Below are positions 9,974 to 19,291 of a stretch of 64,000 nucleotides of DNA, in pieces. The translations under genes were made by a program, and so were the position numbers. Source of the DNA: an uncultured Schlesneria sp. (GTDB lineage Bacteria; Planctomycetota; Planctomycetia; Planctomycetales; Planctomycetaceae); NCBI GenBank assembly GCA_903840265.1, contig CAIMFH010000187.1, forward strand, positions 12,554 to 76,553, written 5' to 3'. Each line of letters starts with the position of its first letter. Position 1 is the first letter of the stretch. Under the pieces are notes generated by a model that ran no database searches, was not told the DNA's origin, and worked only from the letters and a program-made list of their open reading frames with translations.

Positions 9974-11443
9974 TCAGGCCGGCACGGACTTACAGATCTC
10001 ACTGACAACTCGCGCGGGGCGCCCGTCCGTGATCTGCTGTTCGCGGCCATTGAACTGATAGGTCAGCTTCGAATGATCCAGCCCCATCAGATTGAACACT
10101 GTCGCCTGATAGTCGTTTGGCGTCACGACATCGACGGTCGCGCGGTGGCCTACCTCATCGGTTTGACCATAAGCCAGCCCCCCGCGAACGCCCCCACCAG
10201 CCAGCCAGATCGAAAAGCCCTGGCCGTTGTGATCGCGACCACAATTGTCATCGATCGTTCCTTCGCAGACCGGCAAACGACCGATCTCTCCGCCCCAATG
10301 GACCAACGTCGAATCCAGCATCCCGCGCTGCTTCAAGTCCTTGACCAAGGCCGCAGCGGGCTGATCCGTTCGCTGGCAAACTTCCGGCAGATGCTTCCGC
10401 AGTCCCGTATGGTTGTCCCACGGCTGCCCCCCCAGGAACAGTTGGACAAAGCGGACGCCGCGCTCCACCAGTCGCCTGGCGATCAAACAGCGAGTCCCAT
10501 ATTCCTTGGTCGCGGGCTGATCAAGACCATACATCCGATGAATATGTTCGGGCTCTTGCGATAGGTCCAGCGCGTCCGTCGCTGCGGTCTGCATGGCCGC
10601 CGCCAGTTCATAGCTGGCAATGCGAGCTTCCAGGTCCGCTTCACCCGGATGCTGTTCCAGATGCCGTTTATTCAGTTGAGCCAGCATCTGCAGATTGCGC
10701 TGCTGCAGCGGACCACGCAGATGCGTCGGCGGATCAAGATTGAAGATGCGCGGCTCTTGCGCTCGCAACACCGTCCCTTGAAACAGCGGCGGCATGAAAC
10801 CGCTCGCCCAGTTGTGCGTCCCATCCACCGGATGTCCCCCGGGGTCGGCCAGCACCAGATACGCGGGTAGGTTCTGACTCTCACTTCCCAGCCCGTACGT
10901 GATCCAACTTCCCATCGTCGGCCGACCGGTCACGGCAGGAATCCCGCCATGAAAATAGCGGATCGAGACTTCATGGCCGTTGTGCCCCGTATGCATCGAT
11001 CGCATCACGCAGATGTCATCGACAATGCTGGACGTATGCGGCAACAGCTCAGACACTTCCGTGCCGCATTCGCCATGCTTCGAAAACTTGTAGGGGCTGC
11101 CTAGCAACTTCTTGTTGGCACGATTCACAAAGCTATAGACGATATCCCCGCCATATTCCTGACCGTGGTGCTTCGTCAGTTCGGGCTTCGGATCCAACAG
11201 ATCCATGTGCGAAGGCCCGCCGTGCATGAACAGCGAAATCATCGCCGTCGCCTGTGGCGGTCGCCGCGGAGGACGCGGCTTCAAGTCATTCGGCTGCTGG
11301 TCGATCGGCTTCGATGGCGGAGCCGCCAATAGTCCCTCGCCGCTCAGCAAGCTGGCTAATGCGAACGAACCAATCCCAAACGCATTCGCAGCCAGAAACT
11401 CGCGCCGTGAGTTTGGTGTCGTGTTACAGCAGTCATTATTCAT
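9974..11443 (-). CDS. DUF1501-domain protein with Tat-like signal
   Basis: SRREFL, FMHGGPSHMDLLDPKP, RRLVERGVRFVQL..WDNH, WGGEIGRLP and GRDHNGQG. Confidence 0.92.
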   Translation of the reverse strand: MNNDCCNTTPNSRREFLAANAFGIGSFALASLLSGEGLLAAPPSKPIDQQPNDLKPRPPRRPPQATAMISLFMHGGPSHMDLLDPKPELTKHHGQEYGGDIVYSFVNRANKKLLGSPYKFSKHGECGTEVSELLPHTSSIVDDICVMRSMHTGHNGHEVSIRYFHGGIPAVTGRPTMGSWITYGLGSESQNLPAYLVLADPGGHPVDGTHNWASGFMPPLFQGTVLRAQEPRIFNLDPPTHLRGPLQQRNLQMLAQLNKRHLEQHPGEADLEARIASYELAAAMQTAATDALDLSQEPEHIHRMYGLDQPATKEYGTRCLIARRLVERGVRFVQLFLGGQPWDNHTGLRKHLPEVCQRTDQPAAALVKDLKQRGMLDSTLVHWGGEIGRLPVCEGTIDDNCGRDHNGQGFSIWLAGGGVRGGLAYGQTDEVGHRATVDVVTPNDYQATVFNLMGLDHSKLTYQFNGREQQITDGRPARVVSEICKSVPA

Positions 11444-11496
11444 TGGTCGATCGCTTTATAAGTGACGAGGAGTCCCTGATCGCTCGGACCTCTTTT

Positions 11497-14400
11497 TTAG
11501 TCGGTGTACAGGAACTCGTTCGAGCTGATTAACTGCTGGCACAACGTCGCCAACGCCATCAGCTCCAAATCGCCCTTTTGCCCGTTCGCGTTCAGCGTCG
11601 TCAGTTGATCTTTCAGGAATGAGCAGGCCATTTCCAGTTCTTCGGCGGTCGCCGCACGGCCATAAACCACCTCCCACGCATAGGCGACCTGCTGAGCCAC
11701 CGTTGCCCCCTGGGGACCATGGAAGTCCGCCGCCGATTCCCAGCGTTCCTTCTGATTCATCGCGTCTGTCAGTTCGATTTGAACCGTCCATTCGAACGAG
11801 TCAGCGTTTTCGTTTTCGCGACAGTCGGTGACAAAGTCGATCGTGTCACCCGGTTTCACCGCGAACTCACCAACCGGCGTCTCCGCTTCGCCCGTCTTGG
11901 CAACCCAGCTTCCGTGTAGCCCCGTCGAACTGCTGACGATCCTCGATCGAACCCCGTCGCCGCTGCTGGAAGGATGCTTTAACTTGCCCGCGATCGTGAT
12001 GCGGCCCTCGCGCGGGGCCGTCCACCTTCGAATCGCCGCATGTTGTTGATTGCCGCCGGTATGACCGCCCGCGGCATGCAAGATCACCCAGCCCAAGGCC
12101 CCATCTGGCAACGCCGGCCCCCCTTGCCAGGCGGCCCCGGTGTAGTGAGGTAGCGGCGAGAATTGAACTCGAGATGCCATGCCGCCCGCCTCATCAAAGT
12201 ATCCATACCCGAATTGCCAGGCCGCTCGATGACTACCGAATTGCACCGCCAGCGGAGCCGTCAACTCTGTCGCATAGGTTGTTGGCGTCGTGTCGCGTAA
12301 TCGCTTCGCCAGATGATCCGCCTGGGCGAGAAAGAAGTCGCCGTTCATCAACATCAGCGATTGCGGAGCCACCGTGCTGCTCGGCCGTCGTTCACAATTC
12401 ACGGTCATCACCGGCGCATCGAACGCCGCCAACAGCGATACCGGTTTGCTGCGACGATCCTGCACATAGACGCTACGACGCGGCACATCGTCCTTCACAT
12501 GCACCTGACCCGCAAAGTCTTCCGACACCTCCAGAGGCTTCCCGTAGATCGCATCGTTCAGCCGACCCGTTGCAGCCAGGGTCCGGTCCCGAACGATTTC
12601 CGCTTCCAATCTGCGGACCGGATACCGCGAATACAGCGCTCCATCCGCATCGCGAGCGTTGTTCTGACTATGCCGCAGCGACGCCTGTCGGAACGTCGTC
12701 GAAGTCATGATCGCGCGATGCAGTCGCTTCGCGCTCCAGCCCTCCCTCGGCAGTTCCATCGCCAGCCAAGTCAGCAGTTCAGGATGAGTCGGTCGCGTTC
12801 CCAGTTGTCCAAACTCCGACGGTGTATCGACGATTCCGCGGCCAAAGTGATGCAACCAGAATCGATTCGCCAGCACTCGACCCAGCAGCGGATGCTGCCC
12901 ATCCGTCAGATGACGAGCCCAAGCCAGTCGCCGCCCCGTCGTCGGCAAGGCCGGATCGTCTTCCGCAATCGCAAATCGCTGCCCTTCGGGTGCCGCAATC
13001 GACAGGTCCGCCGGAGAGACCGCGTTCTTCGGTTCGCGATAATCGCCACGATGGAAGATCGTCGTCACGGCCTTCGCATCCGCCGGTTCATCGAGCACGC
13101 TGATAAAATCTTCAACCGGCTTCTCAGCTCGCTTCGCCGCGATCGCTGCAGCATCCTTTTTAAGCTCCTCGGCCGCAGCCGCGTTGTACTGGTAAAGCAC
13201 ACCCGGATGGAGGTTCAAGCTCGGATTGCTCGCGACCAGCATCTTCTGCTCTTCGGTCCGCTTGTCCGCCGCCGTCTTAAAGGCCTCTCGCAACTTATCC
13301 CGCATCTCGGCGGGATGCTTTTCCAATTCCTTATCGAACGCTTCAGCCAGGAACTTCTCACTCTTCTCGTTGTAGGCAGCTTGCAACTTGGCCGCATCGG
13401 CATCAACCGCAGTAGCAAAAGCTCGATCCGCATCCGTATACAGCGAAATCACGCGATCGCGTGGAATCACCCACACCTTCCAGTTCAGCGAGGGCTCGAA
13501 CACCGCTCGCAGTTGGTAATAATCCGCTTGCGGAATCGGATCGTAGCGATGATCGTGACATTGCGCACAGCCGACACTCAAACCAAGCAGACTCGATGAC
13601 ACGATCTTGATCGTGTCGACCATCACCTGATTCCGCGAGGCATCCGGCTCACCCTGGCCGCTCGCAGTCGGATCCGCTGCCATCCTCAAGAACCCTGTCG
13701 CGATCAACTTCTCCAGATTCTCAGCCGACAGATTCTTATGCGGGGCAGGGACCAACTCGTCACCCGCCAGTTGTTCAATCAGAAATTGATCGAACGGTAA
13801 GTCCGCATTGAACGAGCGGATCACGTAATCGCGATACTTGTAGATGTAAGGCCGAATCGTATCGACACTGCCGTCCCCTTCAGAATCAGCATAGCCCGCC
13901 ACGTCCAGCCAATGCCGCCCCCAGCGCTCGCCATAGTGCGGCGATGCCAGCAACCGATCGAGCAACCGCTCATACGCATCGGGACTGGAATCATGCACAA
14001 ATAACTCGACCTCATCCGTTGTCGGTGGCAGCCCGGTCAGGTCGAAGGCAGCTCGCATCAGCAGCGTAAAGCGATCCGCCTCGGAACTCAGTGACAGATC
14101 GGTCGCCTCAAGCTTGCTCTGCACAAACTCATCGATCGCCGAGCGTACGGCAGTCTGATTCTTCACCGCCGGCACCTGTTGACGGCGCAACGGCTGATAG
14201 GCCCAGTACGCCCGTTCTTCGGCAGTGATCCCTAAGCCAGGAGCCAGCGTTTCCGGTTCATCACGAGCCGTCGCCGCTCCACTGGCAATCCACTTCTCAA
14301 TGATCGCAATCTGAGCAGGCGGCACCTTCTTTTCCGACGGAGGCATCTCACCCGATTTCATCCGCGACACCAGCACGCTCGCCGCGGGCTGTCCCGCCTG

Positions 14401-14649
14401 AATCGCCGCCCCGCTATCGCCCCCCTTAACGATGAACCGCTTCAGCCGCAGATCCAGGCCCCCCTCAACCTTATCGCCCCCATGACAATCCAGGCAATAG
14501 GCCTTCAAGATCGGTCGAACATGTTGCTCAAACGTCAGCGGGCCAGCGTCATCAGCAACAACCAGTCGCGCCGAACCGAGCACCAGCAAAGTTGCCTGAA
14601 CAGCGGCAACGACAAAGCATCGTCGTAACGACGAGTTGGCAACAAGCAT
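11497..14649 (-). CDS. Planctomycete cytochrome c + DUF1549 + DUF1553 (PSD1/PSCyt2) protein
   Basis: CLDCH, SPHYGERWGRHWLDVAGYADS, CAQCHDHRYDPI, ANRFWLHHFGRGIV and SNEFLY. Confidence 0.92.
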   Translation of the reverse strand: MLVANSSLRRCFVVAAVQATLLVLGSARLVVADDAGPLTFEQHVRPILKAYCLDCHGGDKVEGGLDLRLKRFIVKGGDSGAAIQAGQPAASVLVSRMKSGEMPPSEKKVPPAQIAIIEKWIASGAATARDEPETLAPGLGITAEERAYWAYQPLRRQQVPAVKNQTAVRSAIDEFVQSKLEATDLSLSSEADRFTLLMRAAFDLTGLPPTTDEVELFVHDSSPDAYERLLDRLLASPHYGERWGRHWLDVAGYADSEGDGSVDTIRPYIYKYRDYVIRSFNADLPFDQFLIEQLAGDELVPAPHKNLSAENLEKLIATGFLRMAADPTASGQGEPDASRNQVMVDTIKIVSSSLLGLSVGCAQCHDHRYDPIPQADYYQLRAVFEPSLNWKVWVIPRDRVISLYTDADRAFATAVDADAAKLQAAYNEKSEKFLAEAFDKELEKHPAEMRDKLREAFKTAADKRTEEQKMLVASNPSLNLHPGVLYQYNAAAAEELKKDAAAIAAKRAEKPVEDFISVLDEPADAKAVTTIFHRGDYREPKNAVSPADLSIAAPEGQRFAIAEDDPALPTTGRRLAWARHLTDGQHPLLGRVLANRFWLHHFGRGIVDTPSEFGQLGTRPTHPELLTWLAMELPREGWSAKRLHRAIMTSTTFRQASLRHSQNNARDADGALYSRYPVRRLEAEIVRDRTLAATGRLNDAIYGKPLEVSEDFAGQVHVKDDVPRRSVYVQDRRSKPVSLLAAFDAPVMTVNCERRPSSTVAPQSLMLMNGDFFLAQADHLAKRLRDTTPTTYATELTAPLAVQFGSHRAAWQFGYGYFDEAGGMASRVQFSPLPHYTGAAWQGGPALPDGALGWVILHAAGGHTGGNQQHAAIRRWTAPREGRITIAGKLKHPSSSGDGVRSRIVSSSTGLHGSWVAKTGEAETPVGEFAVKPGDTIDFVTDCRENENADSFEWTVQIELTDAMNQKERWESAADFHGPQGATVAQQVAYAWEVVYGRAATAEELEMACSFLKDQLTTLNANGQKGDLELMALATLCQQLISSNEFLYTD

Positions 14650-14945
14650 GAAACGATCCCTGAGGTGGGCAAATTCATCCGTGGAAATCAGGCAGGCCGT
14701 CACAAGTGCAACGGATCAGGTAGGCCCCCGATATTGTCGACCACTCCCACGCATCTGGCAAGCCCGATTCAATCGTGAGTGCCAAAAGAGCAGATGTCCG
14801 CGATATCAGATATCTGCGCAATTCCGAAATAGCCGTAGGGGCTCACAGCACTACAGAAATATAGTCAACGAGTCATGCTCGGATGGACTTGCCCAAGAAA
14901 AGTGGGCGCGAGGAGAAGCGTAGTATGCTTAACCTTGAGGAGTCC

Positions 14946-15043
14946 ATGAGATGTCGAAAACATCGCCGCATCTATTGGTCGTATTTCCTCTGCTTACTAT
15001 CTCCGCCTGCCTGCTTCTCTGGAAGCCACGAGACGGGACTTGA
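14946..15043 (+). pseudogene. Solo frameshifted 3' module of the two-TM paralog family found at 25085-27625
   Basis: Reads ..IYWS in one frame and VFPLLTISACLLLWKPRDGT* in another. It contains CTCTGGAAGCCA, also present in array members. Restoring a 4-nt GTCG repeat gives YWSVVFPLLTISACLLLWKPR. Confidence 0.6.
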
Positions 15044-15167
15044 TCTGATCAACACAGATCGCAGCCTGATCATCTTTCAAAGCTTTCCTGATATTTTCAG
15101 GGGACGCTTCTTTTAGCATCCAAATAAGTTCCCTTTCAGTCCCAAGACGGCCGGCACCTCGAATGTG

Positions 15168-15575
15168 TCAGCCCACACCCCTCTGGCGCAGATCCTCGAT
15201 GGCATTGTGCCAGGCTTCGTTGCGACCTCCTTCGTCCCAGAGTTCGGGTAACTCGGAATCGGGGCCAAGGATTCGATCGATGGCGGCGTTGGCGGCCACC
15301 TTAAGACCTTCAGGGACGGTTGTCGGATTGGCTTCGATCCAAGCGTCGAGGCTTTCGCTGTAAGCGTTTCGAATCCCCCACCGACCTTGCAGGCGAGCCA
15401 AGACCTCACAGGCGGCCAAACAGTAGCAGGCATCATCACTATCCAGATAGTCATCGGTGCCTAACACAGCATCGATCGCTTCTTGCACCGTTTCCAGCCC
15501 CGGGTTCTCCAGGAAATCTCCGGCCCAGTCACACGCAGAATCGTTCCCAAAAGTGTCTTCTGCCCATGCCCCCAT
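15168..15575 (-). CDS. DUF4259-domain protein
   Basis: MGAWAEDTFGNDSACDW, LAACEVLARL and SELPELWDE. The upstream in-frame extension runs across a repeat and is probably not translated. Confidence 0.85.
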   Translation of the reverse strand: MGAWAEDTFGNDSACDWAGDFLENPGLETVQEAIDAVLGTDDYLDSDDACYCLAACEVLARLQGRWGIRNAYSESLDAWIEANPTTVPEGLKVAANAAIDRILGPDSELPELWDEGGRNEAWHNAIEDLRQRGVG

Positions 15576-15726
15576 GCTGCTGATCCTTGTTTCGGTTGAG
15601 ATGTTCTCTGTTGCGAAGCGGCCGTTTCTATCCCACGCAAACGCTTCGGTCTGATGCCATACTAAAGCTGGATAGCGAGGTCGCCAACCTCGCCAAGAAT
15701 TTGGGGCTTTTTGCTCGTGCAATCTC

Positions 15727-15756
15727 TCCTCTCCGTGACTCAGTGTCTCCGTGAGA
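15727..15756 (+). repeat. Short dispersed repeat, copy 1 (CTCCGTGACTCAGTGTCTCCGTGAGA)
   Basis: A near-identical copy lies at 17661-17690 in the same orientation. Confidence 0.7.
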
Positions 15757-16077
15757 TACCAAGTCTTGGATTGCTCTGGATCCAGAATGGTTCTCACAAG
15801 GCCGCGCCTGCAGATACCACTCTTCAGCTCGGGTGGAGAGATGGGCCCGGCTCAGGCCACTGCGGGTCTCCGCCAAGCCCCACCAACCGTCCCCAGTTAG
15901 TCTCTTGCGGTGACAGACTTCGTTGTCGTTCTGACAGTCCAGAGGGTCTTCAGGAAACCTCGTCCATGTCAATTTGACCGACTCGAATGCACGAGATTTT
16001 GAGTGATTGAAGCCTCTATTTTCTTTTGTTTTTGAGTCAACACGACTTGCGGCAATTGAAGCTAACAAACGCGGAAA

Positions 16078-16093
16078 TGGCACGCAATTTGAA
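16078..16093 (+). promoter_or_regulatory. Putative sigma54 -24/-12 promoter upstream of Hsp20
   Basis: TGGCACGCAATTTGAA against consensus TGGCAC-N5-TTGC, with one mismatch in the -12 box. It lies about 115 nt upstream of the start. Confidence 0.45.
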
Positions 16094-16207
16094 GAAGTAG
16101 CGAGCATGCAACATCGCGAGTGAAAAGGCCACTTCGGCCTCAGCGTGTGTTGAAATCAAGCGATAGTTCGAGTGTTTCGAACGGTACTCTTTTTGGGAGG
16201 ATTCACA

Positions 16208-16675
16208 ATGTTGACCGCTCTGCCTAATCGGTTGTCGGCCATGTTCGCCGATCCAGTCCAAGCTGTGTTCCGTGAATTTGAACGGGAGTTTCCTTGGGCT
16301 GAAAATGGTCCCTCACCGCGAAACGTAGCGCCGCTGTCGATGTGGGATGATGGCACCTCTGTTCACCTGGAGATGGACGTGCCCGGCATTCCCCTCGCCG
16401 ATCTTGACGTGACCGTCGAGAAAGGTGTGTTGAAGATCCGCGGAGAACGCAAAGCTCGGGAAGGTTCGCCCGAGGCTCTTCGCGAAGAACGGTTCTTCGG
16501 ACAGTTCGAACGGAATCTCGCCTTACCCGACTGGCTAGATTCAACCGCGATCGACGCCACACTCAACGATGGCGTCCTCAACATCAAGCTCTCGCGGAAG
16601 TCCGAAGCCGAGCGACAGCGGATTTCCATTCGTCAACAGAACGACGAAGGGAAGCGTCTGGAAGCTGCTAGCTAG
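16208..16675 (+). CDS. Hsp20/alpha-crystallin small heat shock protein
   Basis: LEMDVPGI..DVTVEKGVLKIRGER, ERFFGQFERNLALP and ATLNDGVLNIKL. GGAGG RBS. Confidence 0.95.
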   Translation: MLTALPNRLSAMFADPVQAVFREFEREFPWAENGPSPRNVAPLSMWDDGTSVHLEMDVPGIPLADLDVTVEKGVLKIRGERKAREGSPEALREERFFGQFERNLALPDWLDSTAIDATLNDGVLNIKLSRKSEAERQRISIRQQNDEGKRLEAAS

Positions 16676-16704
16676 CAGTCAGTTCGAGCCGCTCCGCATA
16701 GGTC

Positions 16705-16742
16705 TGGTGGCACAAGTGGCCGAAGAAGCGTTTGTGCCACCA
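16705..16742. repeat. REP-like palindrome
   Basis: TGGTGGCACAAG ... TTTGTGCCACCA inverted repeat downstream of Hsp20. Confidence 0.55.
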
Positions 16743-16783
16743 TCGTTCTTGCTCTGTCACGATGCGGCTTCAATCAGGTTAAG

Positions 16784-16858
16784 AAAAGGTGCCAGGAACC
16801 ATTTGTGGAAATTGAGCCAACCCCAGAAAATCCTAAATTGGTTCCTGGCAGCTTTTTT
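16784..16858. repeat. Inverted-repeat element (REP/MITE-like)
   Basis: AAAAGGTGCCAGGAACCATTT ... AAATTGGTTCCTGGCAGCTTTT, imperfect IR of about 21 bp around a spacer of about 30 nt. Confidence 0.65.
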
Positions 16859-17461
16859 GGTCCCGCCGGCTCAAGTTGACTGCCTCAGTGGTGGCGGGGC
16901 AGGGTGGGTGCCTTCGAGATGCTGCATGGCGGCGTGTTCGGCGACTGCCATCGCATCATCCATACTTCGCAACAAATCATATTTCACGCCGGGTACCACG
17001 GGCGGCGGCTTTGAGCCGCCAGTGTCTTGTCGGTGTGGCGAAGAGGTTCGGCCGTTAGCGCCTGCTTGTGATTGCAAAGGTGTGCGCCCTTATTCGCACC
17101 ACCTGCCGCGACTAAATCGCTCTGTTGATCTAAGCCAAAGTTCATCACCGTGACTCAGGGCCACGGTCAGAGATGAATTCGCGAATTCATCGGAATCGCG
17201 ACGAATGCGATCTGTCACAAAACATCCACTTTTTTGAGGAAAACAGCCAAAAACAGGCCCGTTTTGTCCCCCAATGTCAAAAATTGTCCTGGGGTGTCAA
17301 AAACTGTCAGTGACAGTCGGACTCGCATGCGAGCCCCGCCCGCAAGTGACGAGACATTTCACGGAAAATGGCAAAATACCCAAAACACCGTCTAGCTCCA
17401 CTCACGCAAGATATGGCATAACGAACATCGACCACGTACTGAAAATCAGTGGACCGTAACC

Positions 17462-17515
17462 AACGGCCACACGTGTCGACCCCCGAAATCGGGGTCAACA
17501 TGTGTGGCCGTTTTT
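17462..17515 (+). terminator. Long hairpin with T-run (terminator/attenuator-like)
   Basis: AACGGCCACACGTGTCGACCCC-CGAAATC-GGGGTCAACATGTGTGGCCGTT-TTT. Confidence 0.65.
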
Positions 17516-17660
17516 CGTAGGAGGCGGATCGATGTGTCAGTGCCACACTGTCAATTCTCAAAATCTCGCTAGACATCTGGTGACAAAATCGCACCCCCCC
17601 CAAAAAACCTGCCGTGGACTGACAAATTCTGCCATTTCGTAATGTTCGAGGCGGCGAGTT

Positions 17661-17690
17661 CTCTCTCCGTGACTTAGTGCCTCCGTGAGA
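17661..17690 (+). repeat. Short dispersed repeat, copy 2 (CTCCGTGACTTAGTGCCTCCGTGAGA)
   Basis: Matches 15727-15756 with two substitutions in the 26-nt core. Confidence 0.7.
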
Positions 17691-17795
17691 GACCTTCATA
17701 TGCCTCCCTCATCACTAGGAAAAACTGTGAGCAAATTCCAAAAAGATGTGAAATAGGGGATTGATCGAGTCACCCGTTTCATGGCACAAGAACAT

Positions 17796-18012
17796 CACAA
17801 CCTGGGATTGAGCCAGCCCTCATCAATTTGAGGCCTGGTCAGTTCCAAGCCCGCAAGCGGGAAGCTCTTTGACAATTGAATGCGGATCGCAACCACGACA
17901 CTCCCGGTGGAATGAGAGGTTGTGTCACACACAGCCCGATGATGTGGGTACCACGATTTTGGAGTCCTCGACAAGGTCGTGCCTTCTTCGGGATGCACAA
18001 AACGCACAACCT
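17796..18012 (+). ncRNA. Candidate structured non-coding RNA with boxA-like motif
   Basis: Nested hairpin at 17804-17846, CCCGCAAGCGGG hairpin, boxA-like GCTCTTTGACAA (17864-17875) and C-UUCG-G hairpin (17979-17998). CACAACCT occurs twice and is complementary to AGGTTGTG. Confidence 0.4.
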
Positions 18013-18054
18013 ATTCTGTCGCTTGGCCCTTCGCCCTCGCCCCTCAGCGCGCCT

Positions 18055-19008
18055 TTACGACTTCGCAGCCGGTTCATTGATGAACTTCTCGTGCTCGGCG
18101 AGTTCCGCGACCTTTCGCTTTAACGAGCGCCGCAAGGTCGCCCACTGCGATGTGGCTGTGCGAAACAAATCGGCCGCTTCGATCAGGATGACGGCTTCGT
18201 CGACACCGTGCCCCATCGCGCGTTCCACTTCTAAGATCGCGGGGACCACGTTGTGCTTCAGGTGGTTGACGCAGCCTTGTGCCAGACGCTCGATTTCATC
18301 GGCCAGTTGCTTAATGCACTTGCGGTCTTCATACCGTTCGTCATCACGCAACTCACGCGTACAGATCGCCGCCACCGAAGTCACCGTGGATGTCATCGCG
18401 TTGAGCCGACCCATTTGATTGTTGCGGTTCTTCGCCTCCACCAACTGCTGTTCGGCCTTCTCCAATCCGGCGCGGGCCTTTTCGAAGTTGGGCCGAATTT
18501 CGAGTGCCTTGTTGAAATTCATGATCGCCATCTGCAGATTGCCCATATCAACGTAGACGTTGCCCAGGTTCTGATACGCTTCGGCCATGTTGGGGGCAAG
18601 TTTGATGGCTTCTTTATACGCCGAGACAGCCATGGCGTTTTGCTTGAGTTTTCGTTGAGCGATCCCCAGATTGTAAAAGGACTCGGCACACTTCTTATTG
18701 CGCGTGATCGCCTTTCGCAGGTAATCCGCCGCCTTCATGTGTTCACCAATCCGGTTGTGGATCGCGCCGAGGTTGGTCAGGTGCCGACCTTCCATGGGCT
18801 GCAATAACGTCAGTCGCAGGAACTCGGCAATCGCTGTCGGATAGTCTTCGATCATGTAAGCGCAGGTCGCCAAGCCTTCGTGAGCTTCGCAGCAATCGGG
18901 ATCGAGCGCGATCGCTTGTGCAAACAGCTCCTTCGCAGCGGCCAGATCTCGCTTGTGCAATTGATCTCGCGCGCGGTCGCACAGTTGGACGACGTCTGAT
19001 CCGCTCAT
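18055..19008 (-). CDS. Tetratricopeptide repeat protein
   Basis: Repeated TPR units (EAHEGLATC, HLTNLGAIH, ESFYNLGIAQ, EAYQNLGNVY) followed by a helical C-terminal domain. Confidence 0.9.
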   Translation of the reverse strand: MSGSDVVQLCDRARDQLHKRDLAAAKELFAQAIALDPDCCEAHEGLATCAYMIEDYPTAIAEFLRLTLLQPMEGRHLTNLGAIHNRIGEHMKAADYLRKAITRNKKCAESFYNLGIAQRKLKQNAMAVSAYKEAIKLAPNMAEAYQNLGNVYVDMGNLQMAIMNFNKALEIRPNFEKARAGLEKAEQQLVEAKNRNNQMGRLNAMTSTVTSVAAICTRELRDDERYEDRKCIKQLADEIERLAQGCVNHLKHNVVPAILEVERAMGHGVDEAVILIEAADLFRTATSQWATLRRSLKRKVAELAEHEKFINEPAAKS

Positions 19009-19291
19009 GGCGAATTCCTTGTGATGGTGCCGGAACCGGCTTCCGCTCAGAGGGGAAAGAGAGCGGAGTTGAAATGCCTAACATGCAATGATCGCGATTA
19101 TAGGCGACTGGCAATCTTTTAGTCAAAACAAGTCACCCCAAGACCCAAAAAGCAGTGCTATCGGCTGGAAGACAATCAGTGACCAAGTCCGCACCCGCTG
19201 GAGAGACCTTGTCTGACACGGTACGATTCGGCGGTCGACGACATGACAGAAATTAAGGACTGCCCGACAGGCAGAGCCAGAAGGAGCGATA

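Noticed and set aside
12313-13599. 428-aa plus-strand ORF
   Set aside because: Antisense shadow of the DUF1549/1553 gene with no recognisable motifs. The same applies to 6226-7527, 24157-25005, 34650-35726, 45987-47858 and 61054-61740, which are expected in GC-rich coding DNA.
15980-16207. CIRCE/HrcA operator upstream of Hsp20
   Set aside because: No TTAGCACTC-N9-GAGTGCTAA match. Only a sigma54-like box was seen.
16871-17077. 68-aa minus-strand ORF
   Set aside because: TTG start, no clear RBS and no recognisable motif. It could be a decayed gene tail but cannot be supported.
17796-17924. 6S RNA or tmRNA
   Set aside because: Terminal complementarity exists, but the interior folds into local hairpins rather than one long rod with a central bubble. 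There are no tmRNA ends or tag ORF.
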